Origin: an uncultured Planctomycetia bacterium
GTDB lineage: Bacteria > Omnitrophota > Gorgyraeia > 2-02-FULL-51-18
Reading direction: 5' to 3'
NCBI GenBank assembly: GCA_964431835.1
Contig: CAYSKO010000003.1
Location: forward strand, 53,132 to 117,131
DNA length: 64,000 nucleotides
The position numbers and the translations under genes are program-made. This document shows positions 37,187 through 47,451 of the stretch, one piece after another. A model generated the notes under the pieces. The model worked only from the letters and a program-made list of their open reading frames with translations, did not search any database and had not been told where the DNA came from. Positions within the stretch are counted from its first letter, which is position 1. Each line of letters opens with the position of its first letter.

Positions 37187-38422
37187 TTAAGAGAGGCTGA
37201 CGCGGTCTCCTTCGTGGAAGAGCGAGAGGAAAAGCAGCATGTAATCGCGCAGGTGCCTCGTGAGGAGGAAGTTCTGCCGCACGTGCTCGCGGCCGTTCTC
37301 CCCCAGCTTTTGGGCGAAGGCGGGTTCCTGAAGGAGCTGTTTCAGCCAGTAAGCGGTTCCCTCGATCGAATGCGTGAGAATCCCCGAGTGCTTGTGCGTG
37401 ATCTGGAGCGGAATGCCTCCGACCGCGCTCGCGATGACCGGCTTTCCCTTCCACAAGGCCTCGGTGATCGTAAGCCCGAAACCCTCCTTCAGCGATTTTT
37501 GGAGGATCACCGTCGACACCCGCTGGATCGCGTTAATTTCGAGATGGCTCGTCTGCGGCAAAAGCATGATGAGGATGTCGGGATTGTTCCCGACCTCATT
37601 CTTCACCTCGGCCAGCACCTCGGCGCCTTCGGGATCGTCGGCCGCCGTGCCCCCCACGAGGAGGAGACGCGCGTCGACGTAATCCTGAACCTGCTTGAAC
37701 GCGCGCACCACGCCCACGGGATCCTTCAGCCGGTCGAAACGCGAAACCTGCGTCACGAGCGGCTTGTCGAGGGGGATGCCGAGGCGACTGATGATCGCGT
37801 CGATCTCCTCCTGCGGCAAATCGCGGTTCTTCTCCGCGAGCGGGTCGATGGACGGCGAGATGAGGGCCTGCGGAATCGAGAGGCTTTGCGCGAAGATCGG
37901 GGCCGAGAAAACCGAGCTGTCGTAGGACTCGATGAACTGCTTTAAGAACGACCAGAGCCCGGGATCGGGGTTCGAGACGTCCACATGGCAGCGCCAGACC
38001 CATTTGTTACCCATTTTCTTTTTCCTCTGGACAAGCCCCGCGGGCTGGAGATCGTGCACGAAGATGATGTCTTCGTCGAGCGGCATGGCGGCGAGATTTT
38101 CCTCCTGCACCGCCATGAACGTGTCGTAATCGCGTAGCTCGAAGTGCTGGGGCGTTCCGTGAAGCGCGTTGTGCATTTTTTTCGTGACGGCGTAGAAGGC
38201 CTCCCCGCCCTTGATTACGTCCCACTTGGCGTCGACGCCGAGTTCCTGAAAGAGCGGAATCATGCGGTTCAGGATCTCCGCCACGCCGCCGCCGACGGCG
38301 GTCGAATTGATATTGAGTATCCGTTTCCCCTGGAGCTGCCGCGCGAGAAGCCGGATCTCGTCCATCACCTGCTTGCCTACGATCGGCTCGTAATCGCTTA
38401 AGGTCGGTTTAAGCCGTGACAT
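37187..38422 (-). CDS. treT: Trehalose synthase, TreT-type GT4
   Basis: NSTAVGGGVAEIL, WRCHVD, PSIDP, QVSRFDRLKDP, EGFGLTITEA. Confidence 0.85.
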   Translation of the reverse strand: MSRLKPTLSDYEPIVGKQVMDEIRLLARQLQGKRILNINSTAVGGGVAEILNRMIPLFQELGVDAKWDVIKGGEAFYAVTKKMHNALHGTPQHFELRDYDTFMAVQEENLAAMPLDEDIIFVHDLQPAGLVQRKKKMGNKWVWRCHVDVSNPDPGLWSFLKQFIESYDSSVFSAPIFAQSLSIPQALISPSIDPLAEKNRDLPQEEIDAIISRLGIPLDKPLVTQVSRFDRLKDPVGVVRAFKQVQDYVDARLLLVGGTAADDPEGAEVLAEVKNEVGNNPDILIMLLPQTSHLEINAIQRVSTVILQKSLKEGFGLTITEALWKGKPVIASAVGGIPLQITHKHSGILTHSIEGTAYWLKQLLQEPAFAQKLGENGREHVRQNFLLTRHLRDYMLLFLSLFHEGDRVSLS

Positions 38423-39083
38423 GGGTGGCCTCCTCCTTGAGACGCTTCTCGACGAGGAGGAGGATACGCTGGCGCAGGCCCTCCATCGTCTGGGTATAGG
38501 GGTCGAGCTTGTCGATCTGTCGGGCGAGTTCGTGCTCGCCGTTGTGGTTCAGCCAGTCCGAGAAATCGTTCACGCCGAGGGGTTGGCGCAGGCGCCCAGT
38601 GAAGATGTGGTAATAGAGCGAGCTGATCGTCACCTTCCGCAGGCAGTCCCGGAATTCTGCGAGGTTGCGCGCCACGAGCTCCGTCGGCAGGTCGAAGAGG
38701 ATCGATTTCATGAAATGAAACTCTTCTCCGGGCGGGCACTCGCGCACGGTAGGATTCTCGTGCAGGAACCGGTCGATGGCGCCCGCGATCGCGGTCCGCA
38801 GGTCTTCGAGCGAATCGAAGCGCACGGTGTCGATCGCGGCCAAGCGCTCGCCCATCCTGTCTTCCTGAAGAACGTTCGTCGTCCAGAATGCAAAATCGTT
38901 CGGCGGCTCCGGGGTCAGGAACTGGTGCTGCTGCAGGAAATGGTGCGTGTGGTAGTACACCGACGATTCGGGCACCACCGAGAGATGGTCCCGCAGCTCC
39001 CGCAGGTTCTTCGCCTTGAGCCCCGTCAGCATGACGAGACTGAGCTGGGTCTTGAAATAGAAGGGTTTTTCCGCCTTTAACAT
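38409..39083 (-). CDS. DUF5752-like protein associated with TreT
   Basis: Start re-assigned to MLKAEKPF; two internal repeats with SxYYH and NDF..W. Confidence 0.75.
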   Translation of the reverse strand: MLKAEKPFYFKTQLSLVMLTGLKAKNLRELRDHLSVVPESSVYYHTHHFLQQHQFLTPEPPNDFAFWTTNVLQEDRMGERLAAIDTVRFDSLEDLRTAIAGAIDRFLHENPTVRECPPGEEFHFMKSILFDLPTELVARNLAEFRDCLRKVTISSLYYHIFTGRLRQPLGVNDFSDWLNHNGEHELARQIDKLDPYTQTMEGLRQRILLLVEKRLKEEATHVTA

Positions 39084-39847
39084 TGGCTGAGTTCCTCCAA
39101 AAATTTGTCGACCTCTTTTTGGGAATCGAGGTAATACTGTGCGTGCGATTTCCGCGAGCGGCCGACGCGGATCGTGAGTCCGAAGCGTCCCATAGCCTTG
39201 AACATGTCCTCGTCCGTGCGGTCGTCGCCGATGACGATCGGCAGCGAGCCGGGATACTTCTTCAAAAGATGCACCGCGGCGAATCCCTTGTGCCAGCGGA
39301 TCTTCGGAAACACTTCCCAGACCTTCTTGCCTTTGCGCCACGCAAGCGGATGCTTGGCGTAATGTTTTTTGAAGAACTCCACCATCTGCCCGAACGCGGG
39401 TGTGTGCTCCTTGGGTAGATTCCGGAAGTGGAGGCTGATCGTGAGTCCCTTGTCCTCGATCAGGATGCCCGGGAGGTAATAGAAATCGGCGTTCAGCTTC
39501 TCGACCAGGAGCCACATCGTGAACCTGAGGCGACGCGCCTTCTTCGCTTCCAATGGAAGGGCGAGCCCTTCCATTTCGAGCCCGTGGTTCCCGACGTAGA
39601 CGACATTCTTCAGGTCAAAATACGTCCGCAGGTTCTTCAAGCTCCGGCCGCTGATGATCGACACACGAAAACCAGGTTTTTTCACGAGCTGACGGAGAAG
39701 CCGCTTCGTGCTGTCGCAGAAACTCACTTCGTCGGGCGTGGGGGCGATCGAAACGAGCGTCCCGTCGAAATCCAACATCAAGAGCTTCTTCTTGTTTGAA
39801 AGAAGCCTCTTTTTGATCGCCGGCCAGTCCCGCCAAAGTAAACGCAT
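39077..39847 (-). CDS. otsB: Trehalose-6-phosphate phosphatase
   Basis: HAD motifs LDFDGTL, SGR, GNHGLE, KG, GDDRTDED. Confidence 0.92.
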   Translation of the reverse strand: MRLLWRDWPAIKKRLLSNKKKLLMLDFDGTLVSIAPTPDEVSFCDSTKRLLRQLVKKPGFRVSIISGRSLKNLRTYFDLKNVVYVGNHGLEMEGLALPLEAKKARRLRFTMWLLVEKLNADFYYLPGILIEDKGLTISLHFRNLPKEHTPAFGQMVEFFKKHYAKHPLAWRKGKKVWEVFPKIRWHKGFAAVHLLKKYPGSLPIVIGDDRTDEDMFKAMGRFGLTIRVGRSRKSHAQYYLDSQKEVDKFLEELSQC

Positions 39848-39849
39848 GG

Positions 39850-42120
39850 CTAAAGGATGCGGACGTTGACCGCTTGCGTAGGGTGAAGATCGAGGCGCAC
39901 GCCCGCCAGCTCGTGGATGAGGTCGGCTGCCCAGCGGTACACGTTACGGTCCTTGAGAAGCGCGCGCATGCGGCGCATCCGCTCTTCCTGCTCGTGGGGC
40001 CGCATGAGAAGCGCGGTGCGGATCGCCTCGGCCGTCTGCGCCGTGTCGTAAGGATTCACGATCACGGCGTCGCTCAGCTCCCGGGCCGCCCCAGTGAACT
40101 GGCTCAAGATGAGGACGCCCCGCTCGTCCTGCCGTGCCATCACGAATTCCTTGGCCACGAGATTCATGCCGTCGTGGAGCGACGTCACCATGCAGACGTC
40201 GGCTCCGGCATAGAACGGGGCGATGTCTTTCTGGCTGTGATGTTTCTTGAGAAGCAGGATCGCCTTCCAATTCTTCGCCTTGAAGCGGGCGTTGATGCGT
40301 TCAGCCTCCCGCTCGACCTCGTACACGAATTCCTGGTACTTCTGAATGAGCGACCGGCTCGGCGCCCCGAGCTCGACGAACGTGAAGCGGCCCTGGTATT
40401 CGGGGTTCTTTTCGAGGAAGTGTTCCACCGCACGGAAGCGCTCAAGGATGCCCTTTGTGTAATCAAGCCGGTCGACGCCGACTCCGACGAAGTCCGCCGT
40501 GATTCCGTAGGGCTTAAGGAGCTCCGTTTTCGAGACCGGCGCCGTCGCCGGGCTTTCGCCGCCGGAAAACGCGATGCTAATCGGGAACGGCTTGATCCAG
40601 GTCGTGTGTCCTTCCCGGTTGACGTTGAAATGCTCGTAATCGATGCGGCACTCGAGGATCCGGTCCACCGTTTGCACGAAGTTGTTGCAGTGGTACTGCG
40701 TGTGGAAGCCGATGAGGTCGGCGCCGAGCATGCCGTCCAAGACTTCCTGCTGCCACGGGCAAATGCTGAACGATTCCGGGTTCGGCCAAGGGATATGCCA
40801 GAAAATGGCCACGCGCGCGTCGGGGCGCTCGGCTTTGATGAGCCGCGGCAGAAGCGCGAAGTGGTAGTCCTGGATGAGCACGCAGGGCTCGGACGTGCCC
40901 TCGAGCTCCTGGAGAAGCGCCTTTGCGAATTTCTTGTTCACCGCTTCGTACGCCTGCCAGTCCGTTTCGCGGAACGTGGGACGCGTGTGGGCGACGTGGC
41001 AAAGAGGCCAGAGCCCCTCGTTCGAAAATCCGTAATAGTAGCCGGCCTCTTCTTCTTTGGTGAGCCAGACGCGGCGGAGGGTGTACTGCGGCTCCTCGGG
41101 CGGCACGCGCAAGCGGTCCGACTCGTCTACGGTCTCGCGGTCGGCGTCGCCGTTGCCCTCGGCGATCCAGGTACCGCCGCACGCCTTGAGAACGGGCTCG
41201 AGCGCGGTCACGAGTCCGCTCGCGGGGACGACGCACTCGATTTCCTTGCCCTTCTTCACGTGCTGGTAGGGCTCGCGGTTCGAGACAACGAAGAGCGGGC
41301 GGCCCTGGAGCTTCAAGCGGACGAATTCCTTTAAACGTTCCGGCGTCCAGAGTGACTCCGACGACTGGCGCAGACGCGCTTCTTCCTCAGCCGCCTCGCG
41401 GGCTTGGACGAGACTGATGGCGAGCTTCGAGATTTCCTTGGCGATTGGACCCAAGAGGCGCTCTTCGGCCGGCGAAAGCTGGTCTGGCTTCGCCTCGCCC
41501 ATGCGGACTTTCTTGATCCAGTCGGCGGTCTTGCGTATCGGACGCATCACGTTGAGATAAAAAACGCCGAGAGTCGTCGCGGAGACGAGCACCCAGATAA
41601 CCGCGATGCGGAGCAGGTTCATGAGCCAGATGCGGCGCAGGCGCTCGTGGATGAAGCCCGCTTTGTGAAAGACGGTGACGGCGTATTCGCCGGCGCCGGT
41701 TAGGACCGGCGTGGAGTAGGCGTGGATATCCCGCTCGCCGAGACGCATGAAATCGCCGGCCGGACGCCCCTGGCGGACGGCGGTCTGAACGACGTCCCGC
41801 ACCGCTTTGGGCGATTCGGCCGCGCCGAACACGCCCGAGGACCCGGCCACGAGGCGACCGTCCTTGTCGTGCACGCAGAGCCCGAGAAGATCCTCGCGGT
41901 TCGAAAATTCGTCGGCGATGGGCGCCAGTTTCTCGAGGTGCCCTTCGGCGAGCGCCGGACGGACGGCTTCACGGAAGCTGTCGGCCAAAAGCCCGGCGTT
42001 TCGTTCGAGCTCCGACTTGAGCCGCGCTTTTTCGGTCCGGACCTGCCAGAGCGAAGAAACGATGAAGAGCGCAGCGAGAACCAGGAGCAAAGTTACGATA
42101 AGTTTTAAAGTAGCCCGCAC
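39850..42120 (-). CDS. otsA: Trehalose-6-phosphate synthase with N-terminal TM-sensor-TM-HAMP-like extension
   Basis: GT20 motifs [47 protein letters not shown], preceded by about 270 extra residues. Confidence 0.92.
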   Translation of the reverse strand: MRATLKLIVTLLLVLAALFIVSSLWQVRTEKARLKSELERNAGLLADSFREAVRPALAEGHLEKLAPIADEFSNREDLLGLCVHDKDGRLVAGSSGVFGAAESPKAVRDVVQTAVRQGRPAGDFMRLGERDIHAYSTPVLTGAGEYAVTVFHKAGFIHERLRRIWLMNLLRIAVIWVLVSATTLGVFYLNVMRPIRKTADWIKKVRMGEAKPDQLSPAEERLLGPIAKEISKLAISLVQAREAAEEEARLRQSSESLWTPERLKEFVRLKLQGRPLFVVSNREPYQHVKKGKEIECVVPASGLVTALEPVLKACGGTWIAEGNGDADRETVDESDRLRVPPEEPQYTLRRVWLTKEEEAGYYYGFSNEGLWPLCHVAHTRPTFRETDWQAYEAVNKKFAKALLQELEGTSEPCVLIQDYHFALLPRLIKAERPDARVAIFWHIPWPNPESFSICPWQQEVLDGMLGADLIGFHTQYHCNNFVQTVDRILECRIDYEHFNVNREGHTTWIKPFPISIAFSGGESPATAPVSKTELLKPYGITADFVGVGVDRLDYTKGILERFRAVEHFLEKNPEYQGRFTFVELGAPSRSLIQKYQEFVYEVEREAERINARFKAKNWKAILLLKKHHSQKDIAPFYAGADVCMVTSLHDGMNLVAKEFVMARQDERGVLILSQFTGAARELSDAVIVNPYDTAQTAEAIRTALLMRPHEQEERMRRMRALLKDRNVYRWAADLIHELAGVRLDLHPTQAVNVRIL

Positions 42121-42152
42121 GGCACTCCCGGGGAAGGAAAAATCGGGTTTGT

Positions 42153-43256
42153 TTAACGCGCGTTACGAGGTTCGGTCAGCGCGTCGTGAATCTGTACGGT
42201 CGTTTCCTTGGAGATCGAGAACGTCCGCGTCGGGTAAGGGATCGTAATCCCCTCTTTGCGGAAGCGTTCGTGAACGGCCTTGATGAACTCGTGTTTGATG
42301 AGGTATTGGTCGGTGAATTCTTTGCCCTGCATGATCACGCTAAAGCCGATTCCCGAGTCGCAAAACGAGTGGAAGCGGATGAACGGCTCGAAATCGGCCA
42401 CCCCTCCCGGCGTCGCCTTCATGATCTCCCGGGCCACGGCGGTGACGACCCGCTCGACTTTCGGCAGATCGCTTTCGTAGTGCACGGACACCTCAACGAG
42501 CACCGCGATCAGCTTCGTGGGGGCGTAATAGTTCGTGATCACGCTCGAGACGAGCTTCGCGTTCGGGATCACGATCATGTTGTTCGAAGGCTCGCGGATG
42601 CGGGTGCTGCGCCATCCAACGTCGGTGACGTACCCTTGCTGCCCGGCTTCCAGCTTCACGAAGTCGCCGATCGCGACCGGCTTGTCGATCGTGACGTAAA
42701 TGCCCGCGAAAAAATTAGAAAGAGTGTCTTGGAGCGCGAGTGCCACCGCCAGCGAACCGATACCCAGCGAGGCGAGGATCGGCGTGATCGATATCCCCAT
42801 GAGGTCGAGGAAAATCAGCGCGCCGAGGCCAATGATGAACCCGCGGACAAGGCCCTTCGCGACCCCCTGAGAGACGCTTCCGAACACGGGGGTCGAATGC
42901 CGAGTCATGTACCCGCGCACGAGCCGATCGAGGAAGAGGACGACCGCCAAAACCACGGCTCCCTGAAGCGCGATCCGCGCGAGCTGGCTCGCCTTTTCCG
43001 GAAGCGGCAGGAGCTCCATGAGGAGGGCCATGCCCGACGCGAGAATGATGAGGTTGAGCGGAAACGACAGGGCGTCGATCAGGATGTCGTCCCAGACCGC
43101 CGTGGTGCGCGAGGCCCAAACTTTGAACCGCCGGAACAGGATCTTCTTGAAAAGCCATAGTATCAGGAGCCAAGCGACGACGACGGCAGGCGCGAAAAGA
43201 TAAGCGGGCAGAACCTGATTCAGGGAATAAAACCAGCTGGAGGGCTGGGACGGCAT
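42153..43256 (-). CDS. MscS family mechanosensitive channel
   Basis: ASLGIGSLAVALALQDTLSNFFAG, IGD, IPN, GITIPYP. Confidence 0.92.
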   Translation of the reverse strand: MPSQPSSWFYSLNQVLPAYLFAPAVVVAWLLILWLFKKILFRRFKVWASRTTAVWDDILIDALSFPLNLIILASGMALLMELLPLPEKASQLARIALQGAVVLAVVLFLDRLVRGYMTRHSTPVFGSVSQGVAKGLVRGFIIGLGALIFLDLMGISITPILASLGIGSLAVALALQDTLSNFFAGIYVTIDKPVAIGDFVKLEAGQQGYVTDVGWRSTRIREPSNNMIVIPNAKLVSSVITNYYAPTKLIAVLVEVSVHYESDLPKVERVVTAVAREIMKATPGGVADFEPFIRFHSFCDSGIGFSVIMQGKEFTDQYLIKHEFIKAVHERFRKEGITIPYPTRTFSISKETTVQIHDALTEPRNAR

Positions 43257-43339
43257 CGGCTACCTTTCGGGATGACTTAAGTAGCCCTATTATATCAATT
43301 TCCGACTGTCTTTTCCCTATAAAAGGGGCCAGGTAGGAT

Positions 43340-43372
43340 AAAAAGGCGGGGAGGGGTCTCCCCCTCCCCGCC
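43340..43372 (-). terminator. Intrinsic terminator after glnK
   Basis: GGCGGGGAGGGG-loop-CCCCTCCCCGCC followed by a U-tract on the minus strand. Confidence 0.8.
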
Positions 43373-43388
43373 AGACTTCTTTTCTCGC

Positions 43389-43730
43389 TTAACCGATGGC
43401 GACGTTTTGCGTCTCGCCGGTCCGGATACGCACGCACTGGGCCAGGTCGACGACGAAGATCTTGCCGTCGCCGATGTTGCCGGTGCGGGCGCCCGCGGTG
43501 ATCGCCTCGACGGCGTGCTTCACGAACTCCTCGTTGACCGCCACTTCGATCTTCACCTTCCGGAGCAGGCTCCCCGCTTCCTTGTGACTGCGGTAAACCT
43601 CCGAGATGCCCTTCTGGCGGCCGCGTCCCATGACTTCGGTCACGGTGACGAGGTGGATCTGCTTTTCTTCCAGCCGGTCGAGCGTCTCGTCGAGCCGGTC
43701 GGGCTGGATGATCGCGATGATATATTTCAT
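43389..43730 (-). CDS. glnK: P-II nitrogen regulator
   Basis: GRGRQKG, ARTGNIGDGKIFV, RIRTGE; adjacent to amtB. Confidence 0.9.
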   Translation of the reverse strand: MKYIIAIIQPDRLDETLDRLEEKQIHLVTVTEVMGRGRQKGISEVYRSHKEAGSLLRKVKIEVAVNEEFVKHAVEAITAGARTGNIGDGKIFVVDLAQCVRIRTGETQNVAIG

Positions 43731-43741
43731 TATTTTTCTCC

Positions 43742-45082
43742 TTAGTCCAGGGTCGTGTAAGCGGCTTCGCGGTGCTGCGTCAAATCGAGGCCGATCCGCT
43801 CTTCCTGCTCGGTGACGCGCAGGCCGCAGATCAAGTCCACGACCTTAAGCAGGATGAACGTGACGACCGCCGAATAGACGACCGTAATGAGGACCGCCTT
43901 GAGCTGGATAAACAAAAGGCCCGGGTTGCCGTAAAACAGCCCGTCCGCGCCGGCGGAATTGACCGTCTTGTTCGCCCAGAGACCGGTTGCGATGGCTCCC
44001 CAGATGCCGCCGACGCCGTGCACGCCGAACACGTCGAGCGAATCGTCGTAGCCCATCTTCACCTTCACAACCGCGACGAAGAAGTAGCAGATCAGCGACA
44101 CGCCGATGCCGATCCAGATCGCGTCGATCGGGGTGACAAAACCGGCCGCGGGAGTGATCGCGACGAGGCCCGCGACGACGCCCGTGATCATGCCGAGCAT
44201 CGTGGGGTGCGCGTTGATCTTCCAGTCGAGGAGCGCCCACGTGAGGCCCGCCGCGGCGGCCGCGACGTGCGTGACGAGGAACGCGTTGACGGCCAGGCCG
44301 TTGGCTCCGAGCGCGGAACCGCCGTTGAACCCGATCCAGCCGAACCAGAGAAGACCCGCTCCGAGGACGGCGTAAGGAAGGTTGTGCGGGGGCGACATCT
44401 TCTTCGGGAAACCGGTGCGCTTGCCGAGAACCAGCGAGCAAACGAGCGCCGCGATGCCGGCGTTGATGTGGACGACCGTTCCGCCCGCGAAGTCGAGAGC
44501 GCCCATGGTGCGGATGAAACCGCCGACGGCCCAGACCCAGTGGCAGATCGGGTCATAAACGAGCGTCGCCCAGAGGACGATGAACACGCAGTAAGCGGCG
44601 AATTTCATTCGCTCGGCGAACGCGCCCAGGATCAGGGCGGGCGTGATGACCGCGAACATGCACTGGAACAGCATGAAGAGCGTGTGGGGGATGGTCGCAG
44701 CGTAGTCCGCGTTCGGCTCGGCACCCACGCCGGCCAGAGCGAGGAAGTTCAGACCGCCGATCAGGCCTTTCACGTCGGTTCCGAACGAGAGTGTGTAACC
44801 GATGAGGATCCACTGGATGGTGATGATGCACGCGGCCATGAAGCACTGCATGAGCACCGATAGGAAGTTCTTCTTGCGGACCAGACCACCGTAGAAGAAC
44901 GCCAGCGCGGGCGTCATGAGGAGAACTAGGGCGGAGCTGACGATGATCCAGGCGGTGTCGCCGGTATCGATCGTGGGCGCTGCCGCTTCTTCCGCAAACG
45001 CGATGGCCGGCACAAGCGCCGTTCCGGCCAGGACGAACAGGGCCGTGAACAGCCCTTTAAACCCTCTCCATGCGTCTTTCAT
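43742..45082 (-). CDS. amtB: Ammonium transporter
   Basis: DFAGGTVVH, LLWFGW.GFNGGS, GLVAITP, DDSLDVFGVHG. Confidence 0.95.
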   Translation of the reverse strand: MKDAWRGFKGLFTALFVLAGTALVPAIAFAEEAAAPTIDTGDTAWIIVSSALVLLMTPALAFFYGGLVRKKNFLSVLMQCFMAACIITIQWILIGYTLSFGTDVKGLIGGLNFLALAGVGAEPNADYAATIPHTLFMLFQCMFAVITPALILGAFAERMKFAAYCVFIVLWATLVYDPICHWVWAVGGFIRTMGALDFAGGTVVHINAGIAALVCSLVLGKRTGFPKKMSPPHNLPYAVLGAGLLWFGWIGFNGGSALGANGLAVNAFLVTHVAAAAAGLTWALLDWKINAHPTMLGMITGVVAGLVAITPAAGFVTPIDAIWIGIGVSLICYFFVAVVKVKMGYDDSLDVFGVHGVGGIWGAIATGLWANKTVNSAGADGLFYGNPGLLFIQLKAVLITVVYSAVVTFILLKVVDLICGLRVTEQEERIGLDLTQHREAAYTTLD

Positions 45083-45192
45083 TCATTCCTCCTTTGGCGA
45101 ATCATACGTCGTTCAATCCGACGTTATTCTGCCCGGGGAATGTTTCGGTGATGTTACGGAGGAGTAAAGTCTCGGGGACGGCCGTTTAACGG

Positions 45193-45780
45193 TCAGCGCC
45201 GCTTGGAGGAGCGCTTCTTCTGGTTCCGGTGCCGCAGCTCGGCCTCTTCGATGATGCGCAGAGCGGTCTTCCGGTCGTGCCAGCCCTCGACGCCGGTCTT
45301 TTTCTTCTCGAGGTCCTTGTACACCGTGAAGAAATGTTCCACTTCCTTCAAAAGATGCGGCGGAACGTCCGAGAGCTGCTGGATGTGGTTCCAGAACGGG
45401 TCGTTTAGCGGAACGCAGAGGACTTTTTCATCCGGACCTTTCTCGTCCCACATCTTGAATAAACCGACGGGCTTCGCCTCGATGATGCAGCCCGGGAACG
45501 TAGGTTCCCAAACGAGCACGAGTGCGTCCAGCGCGTCGCCGTCAAGCGCGAGCGTTCCGGGAATAAAGCCGTAATCGCTCGGATAATGGACCGACGAGAA
45601 GAGCATGCGGTCGAACTTGAGCGCCTTGCGCTCCTTGTCGTACTCGTATTTGTTGCGGCTTCCTTTCGGAATCTCGATGACGACCGTGAGGCTCTGGATA
45701 TCGCGGGGTTCCTTCTGGACTTTCACGCTCCTGGCCTTTCCCTTACGCTTTCCCGGCATTCTTCTTTTTCCTTTCTTCAC
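45193..45780 (-). CDS. ppa: Inorganic pyrophosphatase, family I
   Basis: EIPKGSRNKYE, YGFIPGTLALDGDALD, DEK. Start is GTG 45780 (overlaps upstream stop) or ATG 45759. Confidence 0.9.
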   Translation of the reverse strand: MKKGKRRMPGKRKGKARSVKVQKEPRDIQSLTVVIEIPKGSRNKYEYDKERKALKFDRMLFSSVHYPSDYGFIPGTLALDGDALDALVLVWEPTFPGCIIEAKPVGLFKMWDEKGPDEKVLCVPLNDPFWNHIQQLSDVPPHLLKEVEHFFTVYKDLEKKKTGVEGWHDRKTALRIIEEAELRHRNQKKRSSKRR

Positions 45781-46298
45781 GCTTTTTTCCTCGCGGCGAG
45801 GCCGCAGGCTTTCGTGTTGAGGTGCTGCACGAGCGCGGTCGCCAGCATGGCGAGGAGAACCGACGCGCCGAAATAATAAACCCCTGGGAGCGGTTTCGCT
45901 TCGGCGAGCGCGCCGAGTTTGACGGCCACGATCAGGACGGCCACGATGAAGACGTCGAGCATCGACCACTTGCCCAGCAAAGATAGCCCGTTGATCACCC
46001 GGCTGCGCAGCGTCTCCCCGAGCGGCACGAACCACGCGCACGTGAGCATCGCGAGTTTCGCGATCGGAAAGATCACGGAAAAAAAGAAGACAAGCACCGC
46101 AAGGGAGAGGTGGCCGTCGTCGCGAAGCGCTTGGATGCCTTCCAGGATGGAGAAAGTATTCTGCTTCCAAAGCTTCCTGACCGTGAGGATCGGCATGTTG
46201 AGGCCGCGGTACAGAAGCCAAGCCGAAGCTGCGAGAATCAGCGGCACGTCGGGGCGAAGCGGAAAAAAACCGCAAAGCGGGCGCTTTGCGGTTTTCAT
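45777..46298 (-). CDS. PqiA (paraquat-inducible A) domain membrane protein
   Basis: FSVIFPIAK, GKWSMLDVF, PGVYYF. Confidence 0.85.
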   Translation of the reverse strand: MKTAKRPLCGFFPLRPDVPLILAASAWLLYRGLNMPILTVRKLWKQNTFSILEGIQALRDDGHLSLAVLVFFFSVIFPIAKLAMLTCAWFVPLGETLRSRVINGLSLLGKWSMLDVFIVAVLIVAVKLGALAEAKPLPGVYYFGASVLLAMLATALVQHLNTKACGLAARKKA

Positions 46299-46558
46299 CG
46301 GATCGCACCGGCCGAAGCGGCCAGGCGAAGCTTTCCCGTACGGTCGAGACGGCGTATCTGCGCTTCGCGTTTCAAGGCCGCGGAACGGTCGGGGACGTCT
46401 TCGCGGTAAACCACGCGTAGAGGGCGGTTATATGCGGTGTAGCGCGCGCCCCCTTTGGAGTGCTCTGCGAAACGCCGGTCGACGTCGGTGGTTACGCCCG
46501 TGTACAGCGCGCGGTTGGCGCATTCGATCATGTACACGTACCACGGGCCGCCCGGCAC
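46295..46558 (-). CDS. Small GIY-YIG nuclease family protein (UPF0213-like)
   Basis: WYVYMIEC...LYTGVTTDVDRRF..H..GARYT...ALKREAQI; start uncertain. Confidence 0.85.
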   Translation of the reverse strand: MPGGPWYVYMIECANRALYTGVTTDVDRRFAEHSKGGARYTAYNRPLRVVYREDVPDRSAALKREAQIRRLDRTGKLRLAASAGAIR

Positions 46559-46566
46559 CCGGCGGC

Positions 46567-46989
46567 CTACTCGACTCCGTCCGCCGGAACGCTGGTGGCG
46601 CCACTCATCGCCTTTGCCACGAATTCGTCCGCTTTCGTGACGGCCATCCAGCGCCGTTCCGAGAACAGCTGGAGGACGATCACCAGCGGAATCACCGCGC
46701 AGACGATACCGAAACCCAATGCCGCCGCCACACGCGCCGGAATGCTCCACGGCGCGTAAAGCAAAATGGCGAACTGGATCACGCCGAGCATGTTCGCGAA
46801 AATGATCACACCGAGGATGACGAGCGTCGAGATCATACATTCCTTGCGGATGATCTTGATGGCCCGCACGTAATAGCTGGCGAGTTCGATCTTCGCGAGG
46901 TCGACGGTGGTGCGCTTGTATTGTTTCAGAAGCCCGACGGAAACATCGTAAAGGACGTCGCCGAAGCGCCGGATAAAGCCTTGAATCAT
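46567..46989 (-). CDS. Two-TM protein, YqjE/phage-holin-like partner of DUF883
   Basis: Start MIQGF (ATGA overlap); DLAKIEL followed by two TM helices; directly follows the ElaB-like gene. Confidence 0.6.
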   Translation of the reverse strand: MIQGFIRRFGDVLYDVSVGLLKQYKRTTVDLAKIELASYYVRAIKIIRKECMISTLVILGVIIFANMLGVIQFAILLYAPWSIPARVAAALGFGIVCAVIPLVIVLQLFSERRWMAVTKADEFVAKAMSGATSVPADGVE

Positions 46990-47324
46990 CGCCGGCTGCT
47001 CGTGCCGAGAATGAAACCGAGCAGGACCGCACCGGCCGCGACGCCGCCGATATACGGCCACGGATTGCGGTGCACTTCGCGGTCCAAGTCCTCGGCCGCC
47101 TGTTGGATTTTTTCCTGGCCCTCTTCGAGACGTTCGGCCGCGACGCGGCGCACCTGGTTCATCACGTCCTTATTGTTGACCGCGACTTCGGTCAGCGTCT
47201 CGCGGATCGTGGAGTATTTTTCGCCCAGAAGCCGGCGGAGCTCGTCTTTTTTGTCTTTGGCGGCTTCGTTGAGGAGCTGGAGGGCTTCGTCGATCTTGCG
47301 GTTCGAATTTAGAGTTTCAGACAT
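46986..47324 (-). CDS. DUF883/ElaB/YqjD family protein
   Basis: Helical body with C-terminal VHRNPW..IG.VAAGA.LLGFILG...RR. Confidence 0.88.
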   Translation of the reverse strand: MSETLNSNRKIDEALQLLNEAAKDKKDELRRLLGEKYSTIRETLTEVAVNNKDVMNQVRRVAAERLEEGQEKIQQAAEDLDREVHRNPWPYIGGVAAGAVLLGFILGTSSRR

Positions 47325-47451
47325 GGCTTTCTCCTTAGCGTGTTTGAGAATGGATCCTGTCCTGACTTTCCTTGGTGCAGACCCCTATTTTACACCCCGA
47401 GGAGGGTTTACTCAATCGAAAAGGAGGCGGAAAACCCTGAATTTGCTGCTC

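Noticed and set aside
46295-46558. GIY-YIG gene as a homing endonuclease or mobile element
   Set aside because: It is the short stand-alone UPF0213 type inside an operon, with no intron, terminal repeats or target duplication visible.
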